From an uncultured Spirochaetota bacterium (lineage in GTDB: Bacteria > Spirochaetota > Spirochaetia > SZUA-6 > Fen-1364), in NCBI GenBank assembly GCA_963845535.1, contig CAWJSK010000012.1, forward strand, positions 32,001 to 96,000: 64,000 nucleotides of DNA. Reading direction: 5' to 3'. Made by a program: the position numbers and the translations under genes. Under the pieces are notes generated by a model that saw nothing but the letters and a program-made list of their open reading frames with translations, made no database searches and was not told the origin of the DNA. Shown piece after piece: positions 18,373 to 28,784 of the stretch. Position 1 is the first letter of the stretch; every line of letters starts with the position of its first letter.

Positions 18373-19683
18373 TTGATCACGAAAACAGTTCTCTCGCCAC
18401 AGCACGTTCGCGACATCGGGAAGAACTTTCCGCAGTTTGCGTTGCTGACACTGCAAGTGATGTTTGTCGGTCTCGTACTGGGAAGCGAACGCACGGTGCT
18501 GCCGACGCTTGCAGGTGACTTCGGAGTAGCTCAGGGCGCGTTCCTGTGGCTGGCTTCCTTCGTGATTGCGTTCGGCGTCGTCAAGGGGCTGGTCAACCTT
18601 GTTGCGGGTACACTCGCAGATCGCGTCGGCCGCAAGCGCGTGCTGTTGTTGGGTTGGGCGGCAAGCCTACCGGTGCCATTTCTGATCTTCTACGCGCCGA
18701 ACTGGAGCTGGGTGGTCGTAGCCAACATTTTTCTCGGCATCAACCAGGGGCTCGCGTGGTCGGTGACGGTCATCAGCATGGTCGATGTTGCAGGCTCCAA
18801 TCAGCGCGGGCTTGCGGTCGGCATAAACGAGTTCGGTGGCTACGCCGCAGTCGGCATAGCGGGTCTTGTTACCGGTCTTTTGGCTGCACGGTATGGACCC
18901 CGGTCCACGATAGTCGCTTTCGTGGGCATTGCCGTGGTCGTCGCTTCGATTGCAGCCCTGTTCGTGGTCGAAACACGAGGCTGGGCGCACGCGGAAAGCG
19001 AGGCGCGACAGAAAGAGGCTGCCGATGATGTCCCCCGCGCCCACGTGGCCCGTACTCGCTCGACAAACCCCGGTTTGGGAGAGATCTTTACGCTGGTCTC
19101 CTTTCGTCATCCGACTTTCCGGGCGCTGTCCCAAGCCGGGGTGACCAACAAGATCGCCGACACCTTGGTATGGGTGGTGTTTCCGATCTATCTGCATGAT
19201 CGCGGTTTTGGCCTCGGCGCTATCGGCTGGGTAACCGGAGTCTACGCGGCCGTGTGGGGAGGCTCCCAACTCTGGAGCGGGCCGCTGTCCGACCGAGTCG
19301 GGCGAAAATGGCTCATCACCTGGGGATTCTGGTTTCTTGCGCTCGGAATTACCGGTGTGCTGCTGCTATCCAGTTTCGCGTTGTTGATTGCGGCTGCCGC
19401 ACTCATGGGGATCGGTATGGCGATGCTGTATTCGAACCTCATAGCGGCAGTCAACGACATATCCGACGCCCGGTGGCGCGGGGCTTCATTAGGCGTTTAC
19501 CGGTACTGGCGCGATACCGGCTATGCCGTAGGCGGGATTGTGCTCGGTGTGATCGTGCAGACGACGTCGCACGTAGCGCTTGCGTTTTGGACCACCGCCG
19601 TCATCCTTGTCGCATCCGGCGTATGGGTGGCGCTGGGAGCTGAAGAGACACACCCGCGCAAAAGGCGGGCCACGAACCCGTAA
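18373..19683 (+). CDS. MFS transporter
   Basis: About 12 hydrophobic segments; motif A GTLADRVGRK and GPLSDRVGRK; GVYRYWRD. Confidence 0.9.
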   Translation: MITKTVLSPQHVRDIGKNFPQFALLTLQVMFVGLVLGSERTVLPTLAGDFGVAQGAFLWLASFVIAFGVVKGLVNLVAGTLADRVGRKRVLLLGWAASLPVPFLIFYAPNWSWVVVANIFLGINQGLAWSVTVISMVDVAGSNQRGLAVGINEFGGYAAVGIAGLVTGLLAARYGPRSTIVAFVGIAVVVASIAALFVVETRGWAHAESEARQKEAADDVPRAHVARTRSTNPGLGEIFTLVSFRHPTFRALSQAGVTNKIADTLVWVVFPIYLHDRGFGLGAIGWVTGVYAAVWGGSQLWSGPLSDRVGRKWLITWGFWFLALGITGVLLLSSFALLIAAAALMGIGMAMLYSNLIAAVNDISDARWRGASLGVYRYWRDTGYAVGGIVLGVIVQTTSHVALAFWTTAVILVASGVWVALGAEETHPRKRRATNP

Positions 19684-19885
19684 CTGTTCAGCGTTTTGGT
19701 ACTATCCCCAAAAACACCAACAGCCGGAATTTGCACTCGATTTGCTTTCTGGCAACGGATATGCTATAAGATAAGGGTATTCTTTCGTATGTGTAGTTGT
19801 CAGTCGGTTTTTCGAAAGAGTCTTCATTCATATCTTCAGCAATAAGGGGCGGAAGTCGGCATACAAGCGCGAGTGGGGGATAGCC

Positions 19886-21910
19886 ATGAAAAACAATAGA
19901 TTCCTGTATGGTGGAATTTTTCTCGTTATCGTTCTCCACGTTATTTTGTTTCTAACTCTTGTCAAGCTTTTCCCCGTGCCGGCAATCCTTCCTTTAGGCA
20001 TCGGCGCCATCGGTGACGCTGTCATCTTCATTGTCATAATCACAAGCGCCCTCAAATCCTTTTTCAAAAAAATGCAGCAAACGCCCTCAAGCTCACTCCA
20101 GAAGATAGATAGAAGCGTGTATGAAAACCTGATGTCCGTGTCTGAAACCGTTGCCTTCGACACGCAGCAGCTGCTGTGGCTGTCACAAGATAATATCGCG
20201 GCGTTCGATCAGATCGTCAAAAGCTTCTACTCCATAGAAGGGTTGAGCCAGCAGAATACCGCCAGCGTGCAGGAAATCAGAGCGAGCATCAATGAGCTTG
20301 TCGAAAGTTCGGAAAATCTACAAGGAAGCATTGTCAGTATAGAAGAAAATTCCTCAAAATCGCTTGAAATGCTGAAACGGAACCGGAGCACGATCGATGG
20401 CATTGGTGGATTGCTCCTGGACCTCATCGGTGTGATCAAGGGGGCCTCCGAAATCAACTCGCAACTGCAGACGTCATCGAAAAATATCCATAAGATTATT
20501 GAATATATCGGCGACATATCCAGCCAGACTAACCTGCTGTCCTTGAACGCGGCCATAGAAGCGGCGCGAGCCGGCGAAGCGGGAAGGGGCTTCTCCGTCG
20601 TTGCACAGGAAATTCAGAAGTTGTCTGATGCAACGCGAAATTCCATTTCCGAGATAGAAATGGTCATCAAGGGGATATCGGAAGGAATAGAGAAATCCAG
20701 CATTGCGATGAGCACCTGCATGGACAAGGTCAACGTTGTGGAAGCGAGCGCCGGAGAATCATCAAACGTCGTCATGCAAATCGAGGACATCGTGGAAAAT
20801 CTGAAGAAATCGCTTGGCGACCTCACGGAGGTGTCATCGAAACAGGCCGCCGTCGCAGTCGAAATCGATTCGACCTCACACTCGATCAACCTGGCGGTGG
20901 AAGACACATCCAACATGACATCATCGCTGATCAAGAAGGTGGATATCCAAAAGGAAAAAAACAACGACATGCTCCAATTCAGCACGCGAGTCGGCAACAT
21001 GGCCGGCGATCTCCAGGAGGTCGTGGTACGGCTGAAAACGAGCACGGAGCTCATCTTTGGAGTGAATCCCTTCACGTCTCCGGAAAACATCAGGAGGATA
21101 TACGTCCCGATTCTTGAATGGGTGTGCGAACGAATGGGGTATAAGGCGAGGACGATGATACTCCGCAACTATGATGTTTTTAATGAGGGAGTCAAGAAAG
21201 GAATCATCGACGTGGGATGGCTTTCGCCATTCGCATATGTCAACGCGCGGGACAAGAGCGGAGTCATACCCATGGTGACGCCCAAGGTGAATGGAAGGTT
21301 CACCTACAACGGGTTCATCGTCTCCAAGAAAGGCAGCGGCGTGAACAGCCTTCAGGATCTCAAAGGCAAGCACTTTGGATATGTCGACGAAAAGAGCGCC
21401 TCGGGATATATCTATGCCCGTCACATTTTCAAGATGAATGGTCTGGATCCTGACAAAGTGTTCGGCAAGGTTTCTTTCATGGGGAGCCATGACAACGTGA
21501 TTAAGTCCGTGCTTTCCGGTGACTTGGACGGCGGAGCGACATACAATGAGGCAATTGATATGGCCGCTGTGAAGGGATTGCCCGTTGGTGACTTGCATAT
21601 CATTTCCAAGACGGAGGATATCCCCAAGGATGCCATTGCGGTGCGCCCAAGCATGCCAGAAGCCATTGTCAGCAGACTGAAAGAGGCCTTTCTTGCCTAT
21701 GACGGATCAAGGAGCAAGAGCTCTCCCGTGGAAGGGTTCGTTGAAAGCAATGACGACAAGTATAATGTCGTGAGGGCTGTTGCAGGCGAAAAACAGGTGA
21801 CTCGGGCAGGAGCGCTTCCCCCGAAGCCTTCCGCCAAGGCGCCGACAATGCTTCCTCCGCGGCCTCCCACCAAGCCCCCCACCAAGCCCACCATGAATGC
21901 GAAATCATGA
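19886..21910 (+). CDS. Methyl-accepting chemotaxis protein fused to a C-terminal PhnD-like phosphate/phosphonate-binding domain
   Basis: Two adjacent N-terminal TMs; hairpin tip [30 protein letters not shown]; PhnD-like [23 protein letters not shown] and GSHDNVI. Confidence 0.88.
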   Translation: MKNNRFLYGGIFLVIVLHVILFLTLVKLFPVPAILPLGIGAIGDAVIFIVIITSALKSFFKKMQQTPSSSLQKIDRSVYENLMSVSETVAFDTQQLLWLSQDNIAAFDQIVKSFYSIEGLSQQNTASVQEIRASINELVESSENLQGSIVSIEENSSKSLEMLKRNRSTIDGIGGLLLDLIGVIKGASEINSQLQTSSKNIHKIIEYIGDISSQTNLLSLNAAIEAARAGEAGRGFSVVAQEIQKLSDATRNSISEIEMVIKGISEGIEKSSIAMSTCMDKVNVVEASAGESSNVVMQIEDIVENLKKSLGDLTEVSSKQAAVAVEIDSTSHSINLAVEDTSNMTSSLIKKVDIQKEKNNDMLQFSTRVGNMAGDLQEVVVRLKTSTELIFGVNPFTSPENIRRIYVPILEWVCERMGYKARTMILRNYDVFNEGVKKGIIDVGWLSPFAYVNARDKSGVIPMVTPKVNGRFTYNGFIVSKKGSGVNSLQDLKGKHFGYVDEKSASGYIYARHIFKMNGLDPDKVFGKVSFMGSHDNVIKSVLSGDLDGGATYNEAIDMAAVKGLPVGDLHIISKTEDIPKDAIAVRPSMPEAIVSRLKEAFLAYDGSRSKSSPVEGFVESNDDKYNVVRAVAGEKQVTRAGALPPKPSAKAPTMLPPRPPTKPPTKPTMNAKS

Positions 21911-21938
21911 GCGCCTTCGATAATATGCGATTTTCTGT

Positions 21939-21974
21939 TTGACAAACGACAATATGAGGATTAACGTTTGTGAG
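21939..21974. promoter_or_regulatory. Paired putative SorC/DeoR operator sites at the dhaK promoter
   Basis: TTGACAAACGACAA (21939) and TTAACGTTTGTGAG (21961), 22 bp apart like the sites at 29829/29851 and 37890/37912. Confidence 0.4.
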
Positions 21975-22048
21975 GAACAGGCCAGGTTTCGTTGGCTGCA
22001 GGCACGAGCAATCGTGAGGCGACCATATCAAATCCTAGGAGGCACGGA

Positions 22049-23050
22049 ATGAAGAAGCTTATCAATCAGCCGGGCAACGTTGTGCAGGAAGCGCTTGCAG
22101 GTATGCAGGCGGCCCACGGTGACCTTTTGAAAGTCCACTACAGTCCGGATTTTGTCTCCAGGGCAGACGCGCCTGTGAAAGGGAAGGTTGCCTTGGTCTC
22201 CGGAGGCGGCAGCGGTCATGAGCCTCTCCACGGAGGCTATGTGGGCCTCGGCATGCTTGATGCGGCCTGTCCGGGAAATGTGTTCACCTCCCCTACTCCG
22301 GACCAGATCGAAGCAGCAACGAAGGCAGTGGACGGCGGCGCGGGGGTCCTCCATATTGTCAAGAACTACTCGGGCGACATCATGAACTTCGAAATGGCCG
22401 CGGATCTCTGCCGGGAGGCCGGGATTGAGGTCGAGGCGGTGGTGATCGACGACGATGTTGCCGTGAAGAACAGTCTCTATACCGAAGGACGCCGAGGAGT
22501 CGGTTGCACAGTTTTCGCGGAGAAAATCTGCGGCGCCGGCACCGAAAAGAAGATGAACCTCAAGCAGGTCGCTGACCTGTGCCGCAAGGTGAAGACGAAC
22601 GGAAGATCCATGGGAATGGCGCTGACCTCCTGCACTGTTCCCGCGGCCGGGAAGCCTACGTTCGACATCGGCCCTGACGAGATCGAGATGGGTGTCGGCA
22701 TACACGGTGAACCCGGTCGGGAACGCATGAAGCAGATGACCGCGCGAGAGTACGTGGAGATGATGGCCCAGGCAATCGTGTCCGACGTTCCGTTTCGAAG
22801 TGGTGATCAGCTCATCGTGCTTCTCAACGGGATGGGCGGCACCCCGCTCATTGAGCTCTACCTTGCGTACAACGAGTTTGCGAAGTTCTGCCAGGGGAAA
22901 GGGCTCGTCATTGCCCGGAATCTCGTGGGCAACTACATCACCTCTCTGGACATGCAGGGCTTCTCAATCTCCGCGCTGAAGGCGGACGCGCAACTGCTGG
23001 ACCTCTGGGACGCTCCTGTGCTCACGCCGGGCCTCCGTTGGGCCAAGTGA
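22049..23050 (+). CDS. dhaK: Dihydroxyacetone kinase subunit K
   Basis: [48 protein letters not shown] before ATG 22049. Confidence 0.96.
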   Translation: MKKLINQPGNVVQEALAGMQAAHGDLLKVHYSPDFVSRADAPVKGKVALVSGGGSGHEPLHGGYVGLGMLDAACPGNVFTSPTPDQIEAATKAVDGGAGVLHIVKNYSGDIMNFEMAADLCREAGIEVEAVVIDDDVAVKNSLYTEGRRGVGCTVFAEKICGAGTEKKMNLKQVADLCRKVKTNGRSMGMALTSCTVPAAGKPTFDIGPDEIEMGVGIHGEPGRERMKQMTAREYVEMMAQAIVSDVPFRSGDQLIVLLNGMGGTPLIELYLAYNEFAKFCQGKGLVIARNLVGNYITSLDMQGFSISALKADAQLLDLWDAPVLTPGLRWAK

Positions 23051-23066
23051 GCAAGGGACGAAATGA

Positions 23067-23690
23067 ATGCTGAGCATATCACAGGTCAAGAGGTGGCTTG
23101 CCGCCCTGAACGAGGTGTACACGAAGCAGAAGGATTATCTCACCGAGCTTGACTCAGCCATTGGTGATGCAGACCACGGGATCAACATGGCCCGCGGATT
23201 CGCTGCGGTGACTGAAGAGGTGCAGAAGCAGAACCCGCAGAGCATCTCGGCACTTATGAAGACCGTCTCAATGACTCTCATCCGCACGGTGGGCGGCGCT
23301 TCGGGACCTCTGTACGGGACATTCTTCCTGCGTTTTTCACAGGCGACTGATGGAAAAGACACTCTGAACAACGCAGACGTCTATCACGCTCTCGATGAAG
23401 GCGTCAAGGGCATCATGCAGCGCGGAAAAGCGCAGGTGGGCGACAAGACCATGATTGATGCGTGGACCCCGGCCATGAAGAGGCTGGATGAGCTGGCCTC
23501 TTCGGACCTCCCGTTGTCCAAGATCATGGCGCAGGTCTCAGAGGCCGCGGAGTCGGGACTGACCAGCACGATCCCTTTGATTGCGAGACGGGGAAGGGCG
23601 AGCTATCTGGGGGAGAGAAGCAAAGGTCATCAGGACCCCGGGGCCACCTCCACTGTGTATATGCTTCGCGCCGCAGCCGAAACATGGTGA
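23067..23690 (+). CDS. dhaL: Dihydroxyacetone kinase subunit L
   Basis: LDSAIGDADHGINMARGF, GGASGPLYG, GDKTMID, GRASYLGERS, DPGA. Confidence 0.96.
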   Translation: MLSISQVKRWLAALNEVYTKQKDYLTELDSAIGDADHGINMARGFAAVTEEVQKQNPQSISALMKTVSMTLIRTVGGASGPLYGTFFLRFSQATDGKDTLNNADVYHALDEGVKGIMQRGKAQVGDKTMIDAWTPAMKRLDELASSDLPLSKIMAQVSEAAESGLTSTIPLIARRGRASYLGERSKGHQDPGATSTVYMLRAAAETW

Positions 23691-23735
23691 AATGCCGGGG
23701 AGACTGACGTCCATCGAGACCCGGAAAGACGGTGC

Positions 23736-26288
23736 GTGATGGTTGGTCTTGTCCTTGTCTCGCACAGCAGGAAGCTCGCGCAGGCGGTTTCAGAGCTTGT
23801 TGCTGCGACAACCACAACACCAATACCCATTGCAGTTGCCGGCGGAGCAGGCGAAGGTCACGAATCCTTCGGAACTGACGCCACAGATATCATGGACGCC
23901 ATCGAGACGGTGTATTCGTCGGATGGGGTCGTCGTGCTCGTCGACCTGGGGAGCGCGGTCTTGAGCGCTGAGACCGCACTCGAGCTTCTTGGTGACACAA
24001 AGAACGTTCGCGTCCGCATTTGTCCAGCTCCGCTTGTCGAGGGGGGAGTCTCAGCCGCAGCGCAGATCGCCATTGGCTCGTCTCTTGACCAGGTGATAGA
24101 TGAGGCGCTTTCGGCCCTCGTGCCGAAGCAGGACCATCTCGGTGAAGGCACATTGGCGGGAGCAGGAGACTCTGGCCCGCAGAAGCGTGATGGATCAGGA
24201 GCCGTGGCTGGTGAGACATCGATCTCCGCCGCCGGAGCCGTTGAGCCGCCGCGAGCTGAGTGCCGAATCACCGTTCACACCGCCCATGGACTGCACGCTC
24301 GCCCGGCTTCCCGCTTTGTCCAGACAGTGGGACGTTTTGCCTCTGAGGTAAAAGTCAGCAATGTGACCCGACACGCAGGGCCGGTCTCCGCGCGGAGCCT
24401 GAACAAGATATCGACTTTAGGCGTGCTCGCCGGAGATGAGATTCTCGTGGCTGCCACGGGCGGGGATGCGCAGGCCGCCATCGAGGCGATCGAGCGGCTC
24501 GCGCAGGCCAACTTCGGAGATGAGGCACGCGGGGAGCCGCGGCCAGCGGGCGGTGAGGGTGCGCCGAAAGCACGAGCAGCCACGCGGGCATCCCTCTCTG
24601 TCAATGTGTCGGATGGGATAGCAGTCGCGCCCGCAATGCATCTCCGCGGTCGTGAGACCCGCGTTGAGCGGCGCACGATCGCTGACGTAGCGGCTGAGAT
24701 CAAGAGGCTGGACTCCGCCATCGAGGTGGTTTCTGCCGAGATAGACAAACGCCTGAGGCGCCTGGAAGGCATCCTGCCGCCGGACGACCTGGAGATCTTT
24801 GTCGCGCACAAGGCAATCCTGCGCGACCCTGACCTGCGGGAGGATGTGCTCTCGCTCATCACGGAAGAGCACTCCTGCGCTGAGTTCGCATGGTTCACCT
24901 GCATTGAGAGGGTGAGAAGCCAGTATCAAGCGCTCGACGATGAATACCTCCGCATGCGGGCCGCAGACGTGCAGGACGTCGGGAACCAGGTGCTTGCCCA
25001 TCTGGCGGGCAGCGGGGTCCAGCAGATCTCTTTCAATCAACCGACGATACTTCTTGCCGAAGAACTGAACCCATCGGAGGCGGCGTCGCTTGGCAATGCA
25101 AACGTCGTTGGCATCATCACGGCGCTCGGGGGGCCGACATCGCATGCCGCCATCATAGCGCGGAGCCTTGGCATCCCCTGTGTCACCGGCTTTTCCGGCC
25201 TGAGCCGGATCCGCGACGGCCAGTTCGTGGCCCTGGACGGATTCGAGGGGAATGTCGTTGTCGAACCCTCCACGGCCGTTCGCGACCAGTACATGCGTCG
25301 TCGCGACGAGTGGCTTGAGAAAAAACGCCGTTCGCTCACTGCCGCGCTGGATCCTGCGGTCACTGCGGATGGCGTGGCGGTGCCCGTGTTGGCGAACATC
25401 AGCAGTCCGCAGGAGGCTGAAGCCGCCGCGAATGCTGGAGCGGACGGCGTCGGTCTGCTGCGAACGGAGTTTCTCTTCCTCGACCGCGCGGCGGCCCCGA
25501 CCGAAGACGAACAATATGAGACGCTGCGCCGAATTGGCAAGAGCTTTGGAAACAAGCCAATCGTGGTGCGGACGCTCGATATCGGCGGCGACAAGGAGCT
25601 GGCATACGTTCCCCTGGAACGGGAGGACAATCCATTTCTTGGCGTCCGCGGCGTGAGGCTGTATGAGCGGATCGAGCCTCTCATCACCGCTCACCTGCGC
25701 GCCATCCTTCGGGCGGGCGCGAGCTTCGATTTTCGCATCATGATACCGATGATTGCCCAGGCGCAGGAATTGCGCTCGGTGCTCGTGTGGCTTGAAAAGG
25801 TCCATGCTGATCTGCTGAATGCCGGAGTTGCGCACCGTTGGCCCATAACGACAGGAATCATGGTGGAGACTCCGTCCGCCGTACAGCTCTCGGATGATCT
25901 TGCAAGGATCGCGAAGTTCTTCAGCATTGGAACGAACGACCTCACGCAATACACAATGGCGGCGGAGCGCGGGAATGCGTCGCTTTCCGGATATGCAGAT
26001 TCCCTTCACCCCGCCGTGCTGCGTTCCATACAGCGAACCGTGGAATCTGCGCATGCGGCGGGCATCCACGTGGCTGTCTGCGGAGAGATCGCCGGTGATT
26101 CCACCGCCCTCCCCGTCCTCCTGGGTCTTGGGGTGGATGAAGTCTCGCTCAGTCCCGCAAAGATACCGGAAATCAAGGAACGTCTGCGGAGAAGCAACCG
26201 CGTAAGCGCCGCCGGGTTGGTGAAGGAGCTTTTGCATTTCGATTCCGCAGCTTCCGTACGGAACGCTCTGAGGTCTCACGCCGGGTGA
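23736..26288 (+). CDS. dhaM: Multidomain phosphotransferase DhaM(EIIA)-HPr-Enzyme I fusion
   Basis: LVSHS and DLGSA (DhaM), GLHARPA (HPr), GGPTSHAAI, GVGLLRTEFLF, RTLDIGGDK, NPFLGVRG, SIGTNDLTQY, CGE (Enzyme I). Confidence 0.92.
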   Translation: MMVGLVLVSHSRKLAQAVSELVAATTTTPIPIAVAGGAGEGHESFGTDATDIMDAIETVYSSDGVVVLVDLGSAVLSAETALELLGDTKNVRVRICPAPLVEGGVSAAAQIAIGSSLDQVIDEALSALVPKQDHLGEGTLAGAGDSGPQKRDGSGAVAGETSISAAGAVEPPRAECRITVHTAHGLHARPASRFVQTVGRFASEVKVSNVTRHAGPVSARSLNKISTLGVLAGDEILVAATGGDAQAAIEAIERLAQANFGDEARGEPRPAGGEGAPKARAATRASLSVNVSDGIAVAPAMHLRGRETRVERRTIADVAAEIKRLDSAIEVVSAEIDKRLRRLEGILPPDDLEIFVAHKAILRDPDLREDVLSLITEEHSCAEFAWFTCIERVRSQYQALDDEYLRMRAADVQDVGNQVLAHLAGSGVQQISFNQPTILLAEELNPSEAASLGNANVVGIITALGGPTSHAAIIARSLGIPCVTGFSGLSRIRDGQFVALDGFEGNVVVEPSTAVRDQYMRRRDEWLEKKRRSLTAALDPAVTADGVAVPVLANISSPQEAEAAANAGADGVGLLRTEFLFLDRAAAPTEDEQYETLRRIGKSFGNKPIVVRTLDIGGDKELAYVPLEREDNPFLGVRGVRLYERIEPLITAHLRAILRAGASFDFRIMIPMIAQAQELRSVLVWLEKVHADLLNAGVAHRWPITTGIMVETPSAVQLSDDLARIAKFFSIGTNDLTQYTMAAERGNASLSGYADSLHPAVLRSIQRTVESAHAAGIHVAVCGEIAGDSTALPVLLGLGVDEVSLSPAKIPEIKERLRRSNRVSAAGLVKELLHFDSAASVRNALRSHAG

Positions 26289-26377
26289 GAAGGACGCGCG
26301 CCAGGCTGGTTCCTGTTCCGATCAATTTCCCTGACGGTCGCCTTCACCGACGAACTGTTTGACCAGAGACCCTGTCT

Positions 26378-27331
26378 TTAGTGCAGAGGTCCGGTTTCCT
26401 GCAGATCTGTTTGTCCGCCGGTCCCCAGCCCCTGCTCGGCAAGCAGCCGCAGGCGCGTCTGCTCCGTGCGGTCATGGAGGCGCCTCAGGGAGCCCATCAC
26501 GTTGTCTGCAACGTGTTGCTTGGGATCCTCGATGTGGCTCCGGCCCTGCAAGGCCTCGCGCCTGAACTCGGAGCACTTGCGCACCGGGCCCACCGTGTAG
26601 ACCATGAGGTCCTTGGCGATGAAGTCCTCATCCATGCGGTCATTGGGGTTCGGAAGCAGGCAATTGCCATTCACCGCGATCGTGACCATGTACGAGTAGA
26701 ACTTCAGGTACGTGTCGATCTCCCGAAGGCCACGGCCCGTGGAGGGGTCCCATGGCCGATACCGCGTCCCGGAGGGGAAGACGAGGATCAGACGGCCCTG
26801 CTTGCGAAGGGAGTTCAGCATCTTCATGGCCGCAATGTTGATCCGCGCGCGCCTTTTCTCCGCCTCTCGAAGCTCCCGCGGGTCCTTGATGCGCTTGAAC
26901 GAGCGCGCTGGATACAAGACCACGCGCGTGAAGACCTCCGTGAAGGCGAGAACCAGCTTGCTCGTCTCGTTCAGCTGTACCCCCGCTACAGAAACGATGG
27001 AATCTGCAACGCTCCGCATCTCCTCATTCCCATGTTCCAAAAGCTCGTAGAAGCAGGGAATGTCGAATGTGCTGTAATGCTCCATGAGGATGAGGCATGC
27101 CTTCTTCTTCTGGGCCAGAGAGTGCAGCTCCCTCAGGTGCTCCCGACCGATGATCCTGCTGCCGCGCAACATGACATCCTGGACTATTTGCCGCAGGAGC
27201 GGCTTGTTGGTGGGATTTCCTTCCTGGTAGACATTCTTCTCCGTCACCATCGGGGAACCGGTGGAGCTTTCGATCATCCTGCGAATGATGTCCACGTACT
27301 TGCTGTTGTTCAGGACGGACTCTTGTTGCAT
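26378..27331 (-). CDS. Glycerol-3-phosphate / lysophospholipid acyltransferase
   Basis: HX4D motif EHYSTFD and FPSGTR; start placed at MQQESV. Confidence 0.85.
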   Translation of the reverse strand: MQQESVLNNSKYVDIIRRMIESSTGSPMVTEKNVYQEGNPTNKPLLRQIVQDVMLRGSRIIGREHLRELHSLAQKKKACLILMEHYSTFDIPCFYELLEHGNEEMRSVADSIVSVAGVQLNETSKLVLAFTEVFTRVVLYPARSFKRIKDPRELREAEKRRARINIAAMKMLNSLRKQGRLILVFPSGTRYRPWDPSTGRGLREIDTYLKFYSYMVTIAVNGNCLLPNPNDRMDEDFIAKDLMVYTVGPVRKCSEFRREALQGRSHIEDPKQHVADNVMGSLRRLHDRTEQTRLRLLAEQGLGTGGQTDLQETGPLH

Positions 27332-27482
27332 GACAAAGCCCAATTATGGACGATGGGGAAGAAAAGTGTCAATGGCTTTCTGTGAGCGCTATCCCCAGCG
27401 GCAATGCGTCCTGAGTCTTTTTGCACCCACCGCAGAGGCGGAAGGCGGAGGCGGCGGGAGCTAAGAGCGGGAGACGAAACTT

Positions 27483-27569
27483 GCAGTAGGCTACGCCGAG
27501 CTGGGCCGGATTCGAGACGGACAAGTGGTGGCGATTGGTGGATTGGAAGGAGCCGTTGTCGTCGAACCG
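27483..27569 (+). pseudogene. 29-codon relic of a PTS Enzyme I paralogue
   Basis: AVGYAELGRIRDGQVVAIGGLEGAVVVEP matches VTGFSGLSRIRDGQFVALDGFEGNVVVEP (25182-25268) at 18 of 29 residues; no start codon. Confidence 0.7.
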
Positions 27570-27647
27570 TTTGCTTTACCCCGACAAATGCAATAATTTG
27601 AATATAGGATTGAAGCTTTATGGCTGTTGGTCCGAAGGAGTTCTTGC

Positions 27648-27902
27648 ATGGGTACTACTCTTCAGAAGAGGTCGCGGGAGCAAGGAGAGCATTCCGAACT
27701 TCCGGTTGGGCGCGTGAATAATGCGCTTTCCACGGGCGGAGAACACGCCGAATCGCCGATTGGACGTGTCACCAATGCCTTGATGCCGGGCGAAAGGCAG
27801 AGCGAAATGCCGATCGGGTGTGTGAACAACGCCTTAGTGCCGGGCGAAAGGCAGAGCGAACAGCCGGTTGGGCGCGTGAAGAACGCACCGAAGGCAGCGT
27901 AG
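27648..27902 (+). CDS. 84-aa tandem-repeat microprotein (4 x 18 aa), function unknown
   Basis: GAAGGAG RBS 7 nt before ATG; units GEHSELPVGRVNNALSTG / GEHAESPIGRVTNALMPG / ERQSEMPIGCVNNALVPG / ERQSEQPVGRVKNAPKAA with much third-position variation. Confidence 0.7.
   Translation: MGTTLQKRSREQGEHSELPVGRVNNALSTGGEHAESPIGRVTNALMPGERQSEMPIGCVNNALVPGERQSEQPVGRVKNAPKAA
27684..27899 (+). repeat. Four degenerate 54-bp tandem repeats (coding)
   Basis: Units start at 27684, 27738, 27792 and 27846. Confidence 0.85.
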
Positions 27903-28162
27903 CGGAAGACTCGCTTATACGGCGCCCCCCGATGTTTGCAGCGGAGGGCGGCCGCTTTTCGATTGAAGAATGTTGAAGCCGCGTCCGTGCCCCGCAGTAT
28001 GGGGCGGCCTGTTTTCCTTTCCAGAGCCATGTAGTGAGAAACGGGCTCGCGAGACCTGGCGCTTCACTGGTCATGACCCTCGGGCTGCGGGGGCGGCCGG
28101 CCCTGAGCGCTTCGCCGGCGCTCCCAGACCAGATGCGATAAAAACCACCCAGAGGACCCAGC

Positions 28163-28780
28163 TTATCTCCCGCTGGAACGGAGCTGAGATCCTCCCTGGC
28201 ATTTCCCCACAAGCGGCTTGAGATACCAATACAGCGAACCCAGGGAGACGGCTACCATGAGGCTGAGAAGGCCGTACGAGATCCCCGTGACGAGAGGGAA
28301 GCTCACCCAGGCAAGCTGGTTGGCCAGGATAAGAGTCACGATGATCAGGGAGCCGATCACTTGCAGGACCGTCTTGAGCTTCCCGGCGGTCTTTGCTCCC
28401 AGATCCAGCTTCCGTGCCATGCTCACGGGACGGACCACGCCATGCTGGGTCAGCTCGCGAGCCAGGAAGAGAGCAAAGAGGAACCACGGCATGATGCCGA
28501 GCAGAAAGAAGGAAAGATAGACGAAGAAGAAGAAGATGAAGTCGGCTAGCGGATCGATCCATTTGCCGAACGTGCTCACGGTGTTTTGTTTCCGCGCGAG
28601 CGTGCCGTCCAGATAGTCGGTGCAAAGGCTCACGACGATGATGAGAAGCGCAGAAACCACGCGTGTGACGCTCAGACTGGCCATGAAGAGGAAAAAAAGC
28701 ACTCCCAGCGGAACACGGGACAGAGAGAGTATGTTGGGAATGTTCCTTCTGAAGAACGTGCCCGACAACGAACGGTCCAT
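28163..28780 (-). CDS. CDP-alcohol phosphatidyltransferase (PgsA-like)
   Basis: IPNILSLSR and DYLDGTLARKQNTVSTFGKWIDPLAD signature; start tentative. Confidence 0.9.
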   Translation of the reverse strand: MDRSLSGTFFRRNIPNILSLSRVPLGVLFFLFMASLSVTRVVSALLIIVVSLCTDYLDGTLARKQNTVSTFGKWIDPLADFIFFFFVYLSFFLLGIMPWFLFALFLARELTQHGVVRPVSMARKLDLGAKTAGKLKTVLQVIGSLIIVTLILANQLAWVSFPLVTGISYGLLSLMVAVSLGSLYWYLKPLVGKCQGGSQLRSSGR

Positions 28781-28784
28781 GGGA

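Noticed and set aside
24417..26279. 620-aa minus-strand ORF
   Set aside because: Antisense shadow of the Enzyme I region
27684..27899. 54-bp periodic repeats as a CRISPR array
   Set aside because: No invariant repeat with unique spacers, variation follows codon positions, and no cas genes are present
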